Shown here piece after piece: positions 44,801 to 55,923 of a stretch of DNA of 64,000 bases. The DNA lies in NCBI GenBank assembly GCA_965644315.1, contig CBFFRQ010000053.1:372001-436000 (forward strand), read 5' to 3'. The DNA is from Caecitellus pseudoparvulus (lineage: Eukaryota > Protista > Bigyra: Bicosoecida). Position numbers and translations under genes: made by a program. The stretch's first letter is position 1; every line of letters starts with the position of its first letter. The notes beneath the pieces were generated by a model. That model searched no databases, had not been told where the DNA came from, and worked only from the letters and a program-made list of their open reading frames with translations.

Positions 44801-47800
44801 CTGCGGCGGGTGAAGGTTTGAAAGGCGCTGCCAAAGTTGATGGCTGGGACGGTGCCCAAGCGTGCCCCTCCGCCCACCGCAGCGTCGAATGCCTGGCGCA
44901 GACTAGGAAGGGGGTCCTCGGGTGACGGCGCGGCGGCCGCTCCCCCAGTGTCCCTCGCGTGCTCCTCCACACCCCCAAAGCGCACGCCGCCCTGCTTTGT
45001 CCTGGGAGTGGCTTCTTGACGTGCGCTAGGCGCCTGCTCCACGAGGGCGGCCTCCGCTGCAGCTTCCCTCGCAGCGTTGGCCGCCTTCTGAGCCTCCTCT
45101 CGCTCCAGGAACGCCTGGAACTCCACGTGCGGATCGAGGTGGGCAGCATCCGAGTGGGTGTCTGGCCCCAACCCGGCTGCTTCGCCCCCAGCCTCAGTGC
45201 GCAAGAGCCCCACTGGCTCGGCACAGCCTGGCGGACTCAGGTCTTCCCACTGCCGCAGGATGTCAGGTGTGGGCAGGTGGGCAGGCAGCGGCACGCCATC
45301 CACGCCCTGCACCCCAAACGCAAGCGCCAAGGGCCTCACCTGCGCACGCACGCGGAGCCCGAGGGGAATCAGCATGCCACGCACATGCAGGGTGACGTGT
45401 GTGTCGATGGCGCCCACGCGCACGGGTGTCAGGGTCAAGGTGATGTCCAGGCTCTCCTTCGCCTGCAAGCGCCCGCCTGGCGTAGAGAACGTGGCGATGT
45501 ATCGGATGCCCTCCGGCGTCAGCATGCCCTTGAGCGCGTCGCCCAGGCGGCGGCCAAGCTGGTACTTGCCATCCCACGCTGGGGCGGCGGGCGCATGGGC
45601 GTCGCCCCTGCCCGCCCCCCCCGTTGCTGCGTGCGGGGGGGAATCAGAGAAGCCCACAGTGCGCTTGCGGGGGGGCTGGGCGCCTGGACCACCAGAGGCG
45701 TTCATCTCCGCCAGCAGCTCGTCAAAGGAGCGGTTTGGCGGCAAGGAGGGGGGCGAGATGGTGCCCGCGGCTGCCTGGCGCGCCTTGGCCGAGGGGAGCA
45801 GCATGGCCACCTGCTGTGCAGACAAGCCAGTGTAGCCATCAGTGCGGAACTCCGTCGTGAGGTTGGAAAGGTTGGTGAGGGTGAAGGACGTGCTGACGGC
45901 ACAGCCGACAAAGAGCAGGCCCAAGTCCACATCGTGGGGGGACACCACCACGCGCGGTGACTGCACCTCACCCCGCACCCTGCACAGGGTGGGGTGGAAG
46001 CGGGAGCCCAGTGCGAGCAGCGCGCCCTCCGTGTCGCGGGGCGACCAGCTCGGCTCCGCGCCGGGGCCGTCCGTCCACACTGGAGAGAAGGCGGGGGAGG
46101 GCGTTGCGGCACCCCCTTCTTCCGCGGCGCTGCCCAGGGAGTGCCAAGAGAGGGTAGCTCGGGACAGGGCTGGGGAGAGCAGGGGGTGCTGGGCACCACG
46201 GGGGCCTGGCGACGCCCCCGCCACGCCTCCCACAAGCAGGGAGGAAGGCAAGACTGGCGGCCGCTGCCCGGGGGCCGACGGCGTGCCCACCAGCAGCAAG
46301 TCCTCTTCCACCACCACTGCCGACACCTTGATGAACTCCCGGACACGCTGCGGGACCCGGCCGCCCTTGGACACGAGCTCTACGCCGCCTTGCCCCCCTG
46401 GTGGCAGCAGACCCGCTGCGGGGTAGAACCGCAGGCGGAGGCCGTCCTTCACCACTGACTTCATGGTGGAGTCTGTGAAGGCTGAGGCAATGCTCTCCCC
46501 TGCGACGCTGCCGGCGCCGCTGATTGCCGTGCTCAACGTCGCGACTGTCTTGGCGTCCTCGTCGTCGTCGTCGTCGTCGTCATCCCCCGCCTGCGAGTGC
46601 CGGCGGGAGGCACCTGCAGCGAGCGCCTCGGGGCGTGGCTGGTGTTCCACGCGGAATGCTGTGGGTTTGTGGCCCAGGTTGCGGATGCGCACGCCCGACG
46701 TCAGCTGCTCAGACACCTTCACCAGCCCCAAGTCCACCTCTGCGTCCCCGAACGCCACGTCACCGGGCCGCACCGCCGCCTGCAGCTGCACGTTGTACCT
46801 GCGTGCAGGGGCCAGGGTGCTGGGCAGCCAGGCTGGGTTACGGTGCTGTCCAGTCGGGTCTTGCAGCGAGGACGGGTCATCTCCAGAGAGCTGGGCAGCC
46901 TCCCACTTGGCTGCGGCCGCCGCGACGTCTGCGGAGGGCGCTGTCAGCGGCGCCGTGCCAGCGTACACGTACAGCGGCAGGGACACAGCCCAGGCGCCCA
47001 CGCCCGCTGGCGCACGGAAGGCCACTGACACGTCCACATATGACCCAGCAGAGACTGCGGCACGCCGGGGGGAGGGCCACGCAACGGCGCCGGGAGGGGA
47101 AGGTGGCAGGGACTCCACCCCTGCCCGCGCCGTGTCCGGCCCCATGGTGGCGCCCGGCGGCACCGCAGAGCGAGGCGTCAGCCCACCCCCTGCGGCAGCC
47201 GCGGCGAGGGAGGACACTGTGCCCTGCGTCATGCCCAATGACGTGCCGCCTGCCGGGGGGCAGACAGGGGCCACCTCGTGCAGGGCAGGCGGGGGGACAT
47301 CGTCTGCGGACCGGGCTGTGCTGGGCTCAGTGCGTGCCGACAGGATGGGTGGCCACACAGCTGGCTCGGAGGGGTTCCACGGCCCAGCTGGCAGCACGCC
47401 GTCGGAGCCGGTGCTCCAATTCGCCACCCGCAGCCAGCCCGGCCCAGCCAGCACACCTGTGCCTCGTGAGAGGGCGGGGGACACGGCCAGCATGGCAAAG
47501 CGTGACGAGGGGTGCGGGCGGAAGGCCAGGGTGGCGTTGCCGAACCACAGCGAGATGGAGCCCCGGCAGGGGTTGGACACGCGAATGGTGCTCCACGTGA
47601 CCTCTCCAGGGAGCAAGGGCCGTGGCAGGCGGGTGAGGGGCGGCGCGACCATTACACTGGGTGCGTCACCTGCGCCTGCCAGGGTCAGCACGCTGGCCGT
47701 CACGCGGGTGGTGGGCACAGCGGGGGAGGGCGTCAGGACACAGGCGGGATCGTGAGTGGGGTCTGCCTCGGCACCAGGGGTTGGCGCAGCGCCGCCCAGG

Positions 47801-50800
47801 CGGGTGGCCAGGAAGCCAGGCCCACCACTGCCGCTGGTGGGCACACCGTCCACGAGCAAGTACGCTGAGGCGCGGAACGCAGTGTGTGCGGGGGGGGTGA
47901 AGTACACCCTGAAGCTGGTGGAGGAGTGGGGAGGCAGGGCGCCCCGACTGGGCTCCACAGTGAAGGCGAGGGGGGTTCTGCCTTCTTCCGCGTCCAGCAG
48001 CGTGAGGGGGGGTGCCGTGGGGCCGAGCCCCCCCCCTCCCCGGCCCGACTGCATGTGGCGTGTGAGGGAGTCCACCTCTCCTGCCCGCACAGCGGCAGGC
48101 CCCAGCTGGCCTGCCAGGTGCTTCACAGATGGACCCACACCGGTGGACATGGTGAGCTCTCCATCCCCCGTCTTGACAGCCACACGCAGGCGCTCATACA
48201 CGCGGCGCGCCTGCCCTGACGCAGCACCCACCCGCAGCGCGCCCTCTGCCAGCACGCCATCTTGCTCCTCTTTCCCCTCTGCGCCAGCGGTGGAGGTGGG
48301 CTCCACCTGCACGATGGACAGGGTCGGTGGCGCTGGGCGCTGAGGCAGCACCACCCACTCAAACGGCAGGGGCAGGGGCGTGTCGTTGCGCACTGTCACG
48401 CACTTCCAAATGCTGCCACCAGGCAGGAGGGAGTCGAAGCGCAGGTGCAGGGGCGGGTTCTCCACCCCAGCCAACCGCTCCGCATCCCCACGCAGCGCAG
48501 CTGACAGGCTCTGCCACGCCGCTCCCCACGCCTGCTTGCCAGTGAGAGCGGGGCGGGGGCTGGCAGGCTCAGGCTGGCGCGTCTGCGACGACGCAGGCGC
48601 AGACGTCGCAGAGGCAGGCGCTTCGGCGTCTGGCCCAGTGCCCGGCAAGGGCTGCTGTCCGGCCAGCGAGCCCCCGTCGTCCATGGGTATGTGAGACCCC
48701 GGCTCCCACATACTGGCAGACCCGTCGTCCCCAGTGCTGCGCTCCTCGTCGTCTTTGCCACCAGGGCAAGGAGCGCCGCCAGGGCGGGCCAGAGCAGCGT
48801 GCACGGGGGGGTGGGCCGCTTGGCCCTGGCCACGCGCATCCGCTGCCTCGGGCTGTGGTGCGGAGCGGCGCAAAAGTGCGGCGACGGCCTCCACCGCCGC
48901 AGTGGCCAACGCCGTCCCATCCCCTGCCCCCAACGCCGCCGACAGGCCTGCTAAGGCGGCCTGGGCGGCTGCCAGGGCAGGGGCGGCCGCGTGGGGCACC
49001 CGCTGCCCAGGCAGCGCCGTCAAGGCAGCCCTCACCGCGCGCATGGCCACCGTGCGCGCCTCCCACTGCGTGGGGGACAGGATGGGGTGCGGCAGCGGCG
49101 TGTTCTGCAGCGCCGTGACGCCTACGCGGAGGTCGGAACACACCCCGCGCAGAGTGTGTTCCGTGACGTCAGCGTTGTCGCACAGTGCCAGGAGGGTGAC
49201 GGCAAACTCCCCCGCCCTGGGCGGTCGGAAGCGTACGCGGAGGGTGGTGCCCTGGCCCGGCTCCAGCTCGAAGTGGGTGGGGGCGATGGAGAAGGGGGGC
49301 TCCTCCAGGGAGGGAGGGGGGGGTGCGTCAGGGTCCACCAGGGGCCATGCACGGGCAGGCAGGAGGCGGTACGCGCCACGACCGGTGCCTGTGTTGGACA
49401 CTGGCACCTCTGTCGTGACGATGCCATGTTGCAGGCACAGCCCTGCATCCAGGGAGGCGGGGAGGGACAGGTGGGGCGGGCTGCGTGCCGCCAGAAGTGG
49501 CACGCGGAATTTGCCACCCTCTGTGATGATGACCAGCTCGTCCTCTGCGTCGGCCAGGGAGGCGGGGTGGAAGGTCACCTGCACACGCACGCTCATGCCC
49601 GGTGCCACGACACCGCTGCCGCCGCCCCCTGACGCAGAGTACACTGGCGGCGCCATGGAGAAACTGGGCGTGGAGGGTGGCAGGAAGCGGACGTTGCGCG
49701 ACAGTGTGTCGTTGTTGCGCACTGCCACCACAGCGGAGGCGTCCTGGCCCACCTCGTAGCCTTCCCACCGCAGGCAGGGGGGCGTCACGAGCAAGGGCCC
49801 GGCAAGTGCTTCTGCCGCGCCTGGCGCCACCAGCTCCAACTCCCGCAGGCCTGCCAGCGTCGTGCTGCCGTCCAGGTGGGCCCTGTCCTGGGCTGCGCCG
49901 TGGGGAATCGCCGGCCTGCCGGAACTGGCCAGCGTCACGCGCGCTGGGGGTGGCTTGTCTGGGATGACGGACAGTGTCGCGGCGGCAGACCTCGCAGCGC
50001 GCCCCTTGGCGCGCGTCTCGCCCAGGCCCTTCCCCGGCAGGTACCGTGGGTTGCGCAGGTATGCCAGGGGCCGCTGCATGCGGCGGGCGATGGCTGCGTC
50101 GGCGGCGCGGGTGGCAGAGGTGATGCCCCCGCCCCGCCCGGCGCCCAGGCCGTCTCCCCCCAGGGCCGCCTTGTCCACGCCCGAGCCCAGGCCAGCACTG
50201 CGCTTGGACCGGCTGGGCAGCACCATGCCCAGCCCCGCCACGTCGTCCTCCAGCGACAAGCCCATGTCGTCCGCCGACCCTTCAGCGGCTCGCACTTCGG
50301 CAGTGGCATTGGCCACTGGACCGACGTTGCGGGCTGCATGCACCCTGCTAGACTTGCCCAACCCCCCCAATGTTACCCCAAATCTTGCAGCAGCTGTTTT
50401 CGCCCTGTGCTCATCTGCGGCTGTGCTCTGGAGGTAGTGCGGGCGGCCAGACGTGGTGCGGAAATCGGGTGCCTGCTTGCCTCTGCGCAGTGCCCCTGAC
50501 CGCACGGCTTGCCCCTCTTCGTAGCCCTCCACGAGGTCTCGAGCAAAGACCATGCTGCCTGCGGCAGACTCCCCCACCACCCCTCGGATTGCAGCTTGGT
50601 TTACGCTCTTCCCAAGCACAGAGGCTGGCTGCGGCACCTCAGCTCCTGGCACCAAGTGTTTGTCCCGCATGTCGGCCAGAGCAGCGGCATCAGCCTCTGC
50701 AGCTGCATGCCGAGTCTGAACCAGATACTCGCTGGCTGCCTGGGCTTCCTGACGCTTCGCAAGGGCCCTAGCTTCCGCCTGTGCAGTGAGGAGCGGGCGA

Positions 50801-51157
50801 GCCGTGCACGGGGCCGTTTCTCACACAAGCCGAAGCGGCCCTGCAGCTGTCTCCAGTGTTCAAGAGGCTTGGGAGCGCACGCACCACCTCCAGTGCCTGC
50901 TTCAAGTCGTCGTCCAGATCGTCATCCATGCCATGGTCCACTGAGCGAGGCAGCAGGCGACGGAGCAGTGCAAGGCGTGGACGCCGAGATCGCGTGCGGA
51001 CATTGCCCTGCGACAGCCTTGCCACCTTACCTTGACCGCTGTCCGCTGCCCCTCCGACGTCTGCGCCCCCACTCGCCTCCCGAGCTCCAGCAGGGTCGAA
51101 GGTGTTCTGCAGGATGTGCCCGATGCCTCCCACCACCGCGCCTTCGTGCTGGGCCAT
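41812..51157 (-). CDS. DLEC1: DLEC1/CFAP81-like ciliary protein with multiple ASH/PapD-like Ig domains (>3,000 aa)
   Basis: YLRNPRY motif followed by repeated ASH-domain signatures (VRNND, VAPGMSVRVQVTFHP, VRNDTPLPLPFEW, LTNLSNLTTEF, LENTSP, LCNPT) and C-terminal YGRGTYDEE. Short upstream exons start MAQHEG...HILQNTF at 51157. Confidence 0.75.
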
Positions 51158-51433
51158 GTCGGCGAGGCTTCTCGGCAGCTCCAGTCGGCCTGCCGCTACG
51201 GCTGGCTTGGCAAGGCAGCGCGAGTGTCAGCGAGGAAGGTGCAGTCGTTTGGCGAGCCGAGGCATGGGCGCCGTCAGCGGGCACTCTCCCTCTCTCACAT
51301 ACACGTACGAGATGTGCGTGGTCCGCGGCATTGCCGTGGTGGGCGGCGGCGTCTGGCGCGAGGTTCGCTTGAGCGCTGTGCGCTGGCCATTGAGCACGAG
51401 GCATGCATTGCAATGCGCCAGGTCACCCATGTC

Positions 51434-53905
51434 TCACGGGTGCTGGGCCGCCACAGGGTTGGAGACCCACGCCGGGCCCCCGCCAGCAGCAGTGGCCCCG
51501 GCCTGGCCAGAGGCTGCTGCTGCCGCGCCCGCTGCGCCGCCCAGCATGCCCTTCATGTACAGCACACCCACGACGACGAGAGCGACTCCCGCCACTGCTC
51601 CCAGGACGCCCCCCACGATGGCGCCAGTGTTGTCAGGGGCTGCGTCAGGCTGGCCGTTTGAGGTGGCGGCGTTTCCAGCCTGGTCGACGCCGGGCTGTGC
51701 GGTGGAGGCGGCGGGGGTGGTGGTGGCGGATGGTGCGGCAGGCGACGATGTGGGGGATGGCGTGTTGGCGGCAGTGGTGGAGGGTGAGGGGGAGGGTGTG
51801 GTGGTGGAGCTTGGTGAGGTGGAGGGTGTGGTGGAGGGTGTGGGTGTGCCGGTGGGCGAGGGCGATGCAGTTGGCCTGTGAGAGTCGGGGGAGGGGAGGG
51901 TGTGGTGGAGGGCGGTGGGCGGGGTCATGTGCATGATGCAACGCACGTGGGGGACACTGATGGCGTGGGGGGTGCGGTGTTGGTGGGTGAGGGTGTGGAT
52001 GTGGTCGTGGGTGTGGGGGAGGTGCTTGGCGAAGAGCTAGGGGTGACGGATGGAGTGCTTGAGGAGGAGGGCGTCACTGTGCTGGAGGCGGAAGCAGTGG
52101 GGGTGTATGAGGGCGTCACAGATGGTGTGGGGGAGACAGAGGGGGTGGAGGAGGGAGAAGGACTGCGAAGCGCGAGGGGTAGTGTGAGGCTGTGGGAGTG
52201 CTGGCGCACAGCAAACTATTGCGTACGACTCACAAGGCACCTCGACCTCCGAAGACGATGTACGCCGCCCCGAGGTAGGGGGATGTGGAAGTGTCCCAAG
52301 CAGACGCAATGAGCACATCTGGCACTCCATCGCCATCCACGTCGCCACCCCCATCAATGGAAGTACCGAGCCTCAAGCTTCTGTAGTCTCCTCGATACGT
52401 GGTGCCAACATTCCCTGTCGCTGCAGCCGATGAAGTAGATGATGGTACCATGTTTCCTCTGAAGATGTACGCAGCTCCGGCCCGTTCCATGCCTGGAAAA
52501 TCGCGCATGAAACTGCTGAGGACGAAGTCGTCGTAGACGTCACCATCCAGGCTCCCGGCCGGGCTCATTGTGTAGCCCAATTGCTCCTCTTCGCTGGATC
52601 CCAAGATTTGAGAGCAGCTTCCAGTGGCTACGTCAATGGGGGACTGGTCCAGCAGCCCCGTGGAGGCAGAGTTGTTGCGTGCCCGGCCGCAGATCAAGTA
52701 CACCCGACCGGCCTGTAGATCGTATTGTCCATCGATGGGGCCAGAGTCTAACGCCTGCCAGGGTGCTCCGATGAGGAAGTCTGCGAAGCCGTCATTGTTC
52801 CTGTCTCCAGCCGGAGCAACAGCCACGCCCAACCATGAACCAAGAACATTCGTCGAAAAGCGCACGCCTTGGTCGTTTGCAAGGATGTCCTGGATGTCGA
52901 ACGTCCCATTCAGGGGTGCTGAGGGCCCGCCAAAGATCAAGTATGCTCTACCGTACTCATTGAAGGAGGAGTGCGTGCTCGGCGCTCCGATGACAAAGTC
53001 ATGGTATCCATCATTGTCCACGTCACCCACGCCGGCTATCGACCCAGCCAAATTCTCGTTGCGGTCGTTGCCGTTGATTGTGAATGATACCGACGTGGTC
53101 GCATTGCGAGGGCGACCGAGGAAGCCCAGTAGCTGACCTTTCGAGTGTTGGTGTCGACTTTGTGCGCCGACAGCAAAGTCAGCGTAGCCGTCGTTGTTGA
53201 TGTCACCGAGAGAGCTGAGCGAGTCACCAAAAGAACCCCCTGCATCGTCCACAATCGCTCGCCCCTCACTGAGCGGCAGGGATGACACGGACATGTTTGC
53301 CGGCCATGTTTCGCGCCCGTAAATCAGGAACGATCGACCGACGGGGTCGCCGTCGACCCTGAAGGCTGTGGCAGACACCAGGACATCATCAATGCCGTCA
53401 CCGTCCACGTCCCCTGCTGCGGATACTGTGGATCCGAACATGTCATACTCGTTCACGCCATAGAGCGTCACTGACTGCCCGATCGTGCCTGCGAGCATAG
53501 ATACGGTTGGGCTGGTCCAGTTCCCAGACGGGCGCCCGAAGGTGATGACGGCCATGCCACACCCTCTCAGTCCAGCAATGGTGGTATGGGGATGTCCTGT
53601 GATGATGTCATCGTAGCCATCGTTGTTCACATCCCCAGCTATGGCGACCCGCCAGCTCTGAGTGCCGGGCCCAGTCACACGGAGCTGCACTGCCAGCGAT
53701 GGGTCAGCCGCCATGGCCCGCAAGTCGATGGGGGACGATGACAGATGCCTCGATGCCCTGAGGTGGTGATGGTTGCGAAGGTGAGTGCCGCAGTGTGAGT
53801 GGAGGCACCGCGGCTCGGAACGTACCGTTGGGCTGCACTTGCGTGCTGCGCCGTGGTGGCGAGTGTGAGCAGGGCAGCAAGTGGCAGGCCTGCCCACACT
53901 CTCAT
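51434..53905 (-). CDS. Type-I membrane protein: signal peptide, FG-GAP (integrin-alpha/GPI-PLD-type) beta-propeller, Ser/Thr/Pro stalk, TM helix, short tail
   Basis: Signal MRVWAGLPLAALLTLATTAQHASA; seven GDvnxDGyxD repeats with GAP/GRAY motifs; TPSPS-rich exons; TM IVGGVLGAVAGVALVVVGVLY. The pieces join through GT-AG introns. Confidence 0.85.
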
Positions 53906-54512
53906 GGGCGGCGTAACACAGCAAAATCTGGTTTGGTGAGGTCTCTGTGCATGGCCAAAGTGGTGGACGAACGTTGGTTCGTCGTTCGAGCCAGCGAGCA
54001 GCTTGGCTGTGCAGTCGCCCGCGAGGCGGCAGTGGGCTGCTCACCATGACGCAAGGGAGTGCAGGGGATGCAGAAGATGGCTGGCTTCCCAAACCGTGTG
54101 TCCTGTGCGCAGGAGGTGCAGGCCTGACTCGTGCGTGCGGCTGGCGAGAAGTGCATTTCACCGGCAGCGTTTCCCCGGCATGCTCCGCAACGCGCCGCCA
54201 TGCTTTCACGCTCTGTGGCGTGGCGGCACTCACCTCAACGTCAATCGGCGATGCTCCGCAGGGTGTCACGGCCATGCTTGCGAGTCGAGTTTGACACACC
54301 TCCCTCACTTGCGCGTGTGCGTGCTGCAGGCGGGGTTGCGAGCTTGAAGTACATTTCCCGGAAGTGGCCAAGACATCCGCCTTCCGTGCAAGCCGCAAGT
54401 GCAACAAGGGCCGGCACCAGCCCTGACTGGTGCGTCTGCCGCATAGGCCAAGCATGGTGCACACCGATATCGCCACTACTCGGCATAGCAGGCCAAGTTG
54501 CTTGCACAAGGC

Positions 54513-55790
54513 TCAATCGTCCAGGATCACAGCACACAGCGCTTCAGCGGCGTCCAGGGTCATCTCGCCGCCCGGCGCGCCGCCCACCTCCACACCGGGG
54601 CCGTGTGCTGCACCACTCGCACGCTGAGCACACCTCAGGGCCTCTGCTCTTGAAGCTGGTGTGGCGGCTGTGCTGCGCAGGGACAGTGTGCGCAGGTGCT
54701 CGCAGCCGCGGAGCAGCGCGGCGGCCCCTACGTCGGATACGTTGGTTTTGTCCAGGATAAGGCTGGTGAGGCGGGGGGCCGCGACAGCGAGCTGCTCACA
54801 GGCCCGGTCCTTGACTTGCTTGCACCAGGCCAGGTCCAGGGTCCGCAAGCCTGGGAGTGCGCCAGCGACGGCCACCATGCTGGAGGCGCTGGCGGAGCTT
54901 TGTCGGAGGCGGAGGGAACGCAGGGTGAAGCCGAGGCCGTCCTCGGCTTGGGCGCCATGCTGGATGGCGGCCAGGGTCGCATCTGCAGCCTTTGGCGGAA
55001 GGCCCAGGTGCACCAGCGGGGCCCTGTTTGCCACCACTGCGGTCGCGGTTGCCTCTGTGATGCGGCTGCAGGAGGTGAGGTCGAGGGAGTGCAGCGACTT
55101 GCACGCTGCAAGGAGGACTGAGATGCCGGCATCGGAAATGCCGGAGCAGGAGGTGATGTGCAGCTCGGAGAGGTTGGTGCTGGCTTGGGCAAGCGCCTGG
55201 AGCCCGACGTCATGCACCTTCGGCAGCGCCGAGAGGTGCAGGGAAGTCAACACGCCAGCGCCTTGCGTGACATGGGCAACGCCGGCGATGTCGTCATCGG
55301 AGATGTCAGCACAGCGAATGAGGCCCAGATGCGCCAAGCTTGGGCATCGTGCAAGGAGGAAGGAGAGACTGGTCACAACGACGTCTTCACAGCGCAGGGA
55401 ACGCAGAGGCAGGCTTGGCGTGTTGGCGCTCTCAACTTCCGCAAAAGACAGGAAGTCCATGTTGCGCAGGGTGAGTCGCAGGACGCCCCCCTCGCTGAGA
55501 ACACCGGCAAGCTGCAGACCGGTCAGTGTGCAGCGTTCGACAGTGACCTGCCACAGGCTCCGACACCGGCGGAGGTAGGCGAGGGCGCCCTGGATGTGGT
55601 CCTCCTCGTGCAAGTCTTTCACCTCCACCTCGTGCATGGCTGCCGTGGCCGTGTAGAAGCGGGAGCTGACGGTGGCGCACTGCCTGAGGACTGTGCGGGT
55701 GTCGCCCAGGTGGCATAGGATCATGCCGAGGAGGCCGGGGTACAGGTCATTGATGCCCAGGGGGCTGGCTGCCATCGTTTCGGCTGCCAT
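54513..55790 (-). CDS. F-box/LRR (FBXL/AMN1-type cysteine-containing LRR) protein
   Basis: F-box-like INDLYPGLLGMILCHL...CATVSSRF, then LxxLxLxxCxxIsDxG repeats. Confidence 0.85.
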   Translation of the reverse strand: MAAETMAASPLGINDLYPGLLGMILCHLGDTRTVLRQCATVSSRFYTATAAMHEVEVKDLHEEDHIQGALAYLRRCRSLWQVTVERCTLTGLQLAGVLSEGGVLRLTLRNMDFLSFAEVESANTPSLPLRSLRCEDVVVTSLSFLLARCPSLAHLGLIRCADISDDDIAGVAHVTQGAGVLTSLHLSALPKVHDVGLQALAQASTNLSELHITSCSGISDAGISVLLAACKSLHSLDLTSCSRITEATATAVVANRAPLVHLGLPPKAADATLAAIQHGAQAEDGLGFTLRSLRLRQSSASASSMVAVAGALPGLRTLDLAWCKQVKDRACEQLAVAAPRLTSLILDKTNVSDVGAAALLRGCEHLRTLSLRSTAATPASRAEALRCAQRASGAAHGPGVEVGGAPGGEMTLDAAEALCAVILDD

Positions 55791-55923
55791 GCTGCAACAA
55801 GGGTGCGATCGCTCGTCCACACCGCGCAGTTGCGGAGCAGGGGCAAAATGCGTCAGTCAAGTAGAACAACGCCCTGAGGCACGAGCACAGGGTGTATCGT
55901 GTTTTGATTCCCCGATTGCCAGG

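Noticed and set aside
42030-50499. Numerous long + strand ORFs antisense to the DLEC1-like gene (and similar shadow ORFs elsewhere)
   Set aside because: Expected in high-GC coding DNA; no recognisable motifs.
53906-54509. N-terminal ~260 aa of ORF 52230..54509
   Set aside because: Looks like read-through of intergenic and intron DNA; a proper signal-peptide exon starts at 53905.
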